Part shown: in pieces, positions 61,848-64,000 of the stretch
How positions within the stretch are numbered: the stretch's first letter is position 1
How the letters are laid out: each line of letters starts with the position of its first letter
NCBI RefSeq assembly: GCF_029227915.1
Contig: NC_079879.1
Coordinates: forward strand, 12,196,720-12,260,719
DNA from: Hydractinia symbiolongicarpus
Lineage: Eukaryota
Length of the DNA: 64,000 nt
Direction: 5' to 3'
The notes under the pieces: generated by a model
Databases searched by the model: none
Seen by the model: only the letters and a program-made list of their open reading frames with translations
What the model was told of the DNA's origin: nothing
Made by a program: the position numbers and the translations under genes

Positions 61848-63359
61848 ACCAATATGCAGTAACAGTCACCGCAATTGGTGTTCATTTGCGATTTATTGAA
61901 AAAGATATGGAGTTTAATTCTGTCGTAAATTTTGCTATTTTGTCGCATATTTTGAACTTTATCGTAAATTTCAAACAATTTTGTCGTAATATTATGAACT
62001 GGAAATATTTTATATGTGCATCCTTCTTTATACTGAATGGTAATGAAATAAAAGCAGTAGTGTACATATTTCGAAACTGTTACGACGTTCCTTCCTCGTA
62101 ACTCGCGCGTAATACCAGTGTTACTACATTTCACGCTTTTTGTTTTATAAGAACACCAGCCTCGAATGTTATCGAGAAAATGAGAAAATCATGAGCAGAC
62201 CCTAACGATTATTTTTAAGCCTAAGAACAACTCAAATCTGAGTTTTGCCATAAAATCAGAACAACCCAGGATGTGACATCTCGTACAATTCTTACTATTT
62301 AGAAAACAAAAAGAAATTAGGCTACATAATGCTCAAATAATAAGAACAGCAAGGTTGTTGCTGATTTTTATAAAATATCGTGTAGTGCTTTTCTCTGTAA
62401 CGTACAGGTTTTCGTTCAAGGAAAAGATTTTTTTGTGATTTACTAAATGTTGTAATTACCTTTGTGTGTGTACAATTAGATGTTTGATTTTTAAATCACG
62501 CGATTGTTAATAATTGTTTTTGTATGTAAAAAATAGCGAACTTGAATCTAGATATATGGCTTTTTTATTCATGTTTGTGATTTTCGCAAATATTCCACAC
62601 TTGTTGGAACTCAAAAAACATTTCAACATGAATAGCTAAGTGCTAAAATATATAATACTTCTTTTAAAAAGTGAGGTTGCAGTGCTTTTGAAAGTAAAAA
62701 AAATATGTATTCATTTATAGAGTTATAGATATGGAAAAATTTGTTTGCAGATATACGATAATTTCATAGTTAATCTATTTACTTTTATTTACGCATATAA
62801 CTCTTTATACTTCGGGAAAAAACTCTCGCTGTGATAAGTGAAATAATTCGTTAACGCGTGTTTTTTATACACGCAATCATAACAAGTATCTGCGTATTAT
62901 ATATAAAATCATATATTGTAAATTTGTGAGCGCTGCACCCAATTTTTAGCTGTCTGTCTTTCTACTTTTAAGAAAGACGACTTTCCCGTACACAATTGGA
63001 GATCTCTTCTAATTCTCGAATGCTTAAAGACGGGTTGCTATATCCCCTACTATGTTATGGGTCTGTATCTAATGAAGTTTTTTGTGCATAGATTTCTTCA
63101 TCACGCTTAATGAAACACATGACTAACTTTTGAATAGAATAGAAGATAGAAGATATTGATAGAATTGTGTAGGTATGCGAAATTGTATATTATAGAGAAA
63201 TAGAAAGAAACGCAGGATAATTTTTATACCCTTTTTTCTCGAATTTAATTTGTTTTAGTTAAAATTGTAAATTAATAATTGAAAAAATATATTTCCTTCA
63301 ACTTGCAGTGTTTTAAAGTACAAAATTCCTAACCACCGAACTCAAGCATTGCTGGAAAC

Positions 63360-63672
63360 AGCACTGGAAACTAAGTAGTCATGCTGCACGTTGTTTTTAT
63401 GGTCGGTTATTTTTTTCTGTAATTGAGAATTCATGGTTCTTCGCAGCCAATATCATCCCCAAAGCTTCTTCGCTTAGCGCTAGTCACGTACCAGAAAGTT
63501 AAAAGAGCCCAGGAAACGAGATTGCCTCCAATCCTATTCTCATGCTGAGCGCTAAGCAGAAAGGGTAGATTTACACTTTTTTAGTCTCTGGCATGACTCG
63601 GCCGGGGTTTGAACCCAAGGCCTCCCGCACTAGAAAGAAGCGAACGCTCTACCATAAGACTACCAGTCATTT
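63360..63672 (-). mobile_element. tRNA-derived SINE-like element (tRNA-like head 63591-63672 on the minus strand, followed by a ~230-bp body)
   Basis: The minus-strand head 'ATGACTGGTAGTCTTATGGTAGAGCG...GGGTTCAAACCCC...GAGTCAT' has D-arm and T-arm boxes that match the A and B boxes. The acceptor stem has a mismatch, and the anticodon and T stems are imperfect, so this is not a functional tRNA. Confidence 0.35.
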
Positions 63673-63879
63673 ATGACTATTCAACAATAAAATAACATCA
63701 ATTTTTCGATGGCAGCTGTAGAGCAAAGCAACATTAGCATCAAAATTGCTGTGAACCGAATGGTGGTAAAATTGGAAAGTGGCAACATAAAAAGGCTAGT
63801 CAACATTTTAAGCATATTTTAACCATACTTTTAGACCAGAATAAAAGTTCTTATGAGCATACTAAGGCTGAGAGTTAGT

Positions 63880-63960
63880 CCTCGTCATCCTCATTTTCGG
63901 CCTAAAGTCCGTTTTCCTTGCCAAAATATGGATATTAATGACTTCCGTTTTAGGTGTTGT
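63880..63960 (-). mobile_element. Short LINE 3'-end fragment (same family as 21240 and 28140)
   Basis: 'cctcgtcatcctcattttcggcctaaagtccgttttccttgcc' aligns to 28150 'catcatcatcattctcggcttaacgtccgttttccatgc'. Confidence 0.35.
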
Positions 63961-64000
63961 TTCAAATTACTCTGCGACAAGCCTGTCTTGTAAAGTCTTC

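Noticed and set aside
63591-63672. A canonical tRNA gene.
   Set aside because: The acceptor stem has a G-G mismatch, the anticodon stem does not pair, the T-stem needs two G-U pairs, and 2 extra nt sit before the 3' acceptor strand. It is better explained as a tRNA-derived SINE head.
1-64000. A prokaryotic reading: operons, defence islands, CRISPR arrays.
   Set aside because: The sequence shows spliceosomal introns with GT-AG and GC-AG boundaries, SH3/PARP/vWA animal proteins split into small exons, and SINE/LINE/MITE debris. No CRISPR-type array is visible by eye. It is eukaryotic nuclear DNA.

Overview
This window is AT-rich, intron-bearing eukaryotic nuclear DNA. The short GT-AG introns, one GC-AG intron, micro-exons, SINE/LINE/MITE debris and SH3/PARP/vWA genes point to an invertebrate metazoan, and the composition looks cnidarian or Hydra-like (inference). 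It is not prokaryotic, so there are no operons, CRISPR arrays or defence islands. The six-frame ORF track is mostly noise because genes are split into small exons.

Genes I can support by reading exons across splice sites:
1. A small secreted WSC-domain protein on the minus strand, 3 exons, 44-1402.
2. A chain of six symmetric phase 1-1 polyproline (FH1-like, [11 protein letters not shown]) exons on the minus strand, 14.5-24.2 kb. The exon-intron units are tandemly duplicated and one intron uses a GC donor. No FH2 domain was found, so the 5' and 3' ends are open.
3. A three-exon actin-derived fragment on the minus strand, 26.3-27.6 kb, matching actin residues ~8-80 with canonical actin intron positions. 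The rest of actin is absent.
4. A vault-PARP (PARP4)-like gene on the minus strand, 30233-47707, of about 30 exons. Domain order is BRCT, PARP regulatory/catalytic, VIT, vWA. It ends shortly after vWA, with no long vertebrate-type C-terminal tail.
5. A CD2AP/CIN85 (SH3KBP1, cindr-like) adaptor on the plus strand, 56994-61847. It has three SH3 domains, a Pro-rich region and a C-terminal coiled coil, includes 28-nt and 36-nt micro-exons, and lacks its 5' start exon.

The most unusual structure is a head-to-tail tandem array at ~37736-41210 inside a PARP4-like intron. It belongs to a repeat family with a fixed 33-nt 5' head (TAATAGCCGTATTCCGTCTGTCTGTCTCTGCGC), a GC-rich perfect palindrome at each 3' end, and internal ~150-bp subrepeats. 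Solo short copies of the family sit at ~5925-6035 and ~35575-35700. This is Helitron-like rolling-circle behaviour, or a novel satellite.

Other repeats: non-LTR retrotransposon (LINE) 3' fragments sharing the same tail (21.2-22.2 kb, 28.1-28.5 kb, 63.88-63.96 kb), a gag remnant (48.45-48.96 kb), a MITE family with CRE-like TGACGTCA termini, and a tRNA-derived SINE-like element (63.36-63.67 kb). The 47.7-57.0 kb head-to-head intergenic region holds a G18 tract and a TTCGCGAAA palindrome cluster. All exon coordinates were read by eye and are accurate to within a few bp only where I give exact numbers.
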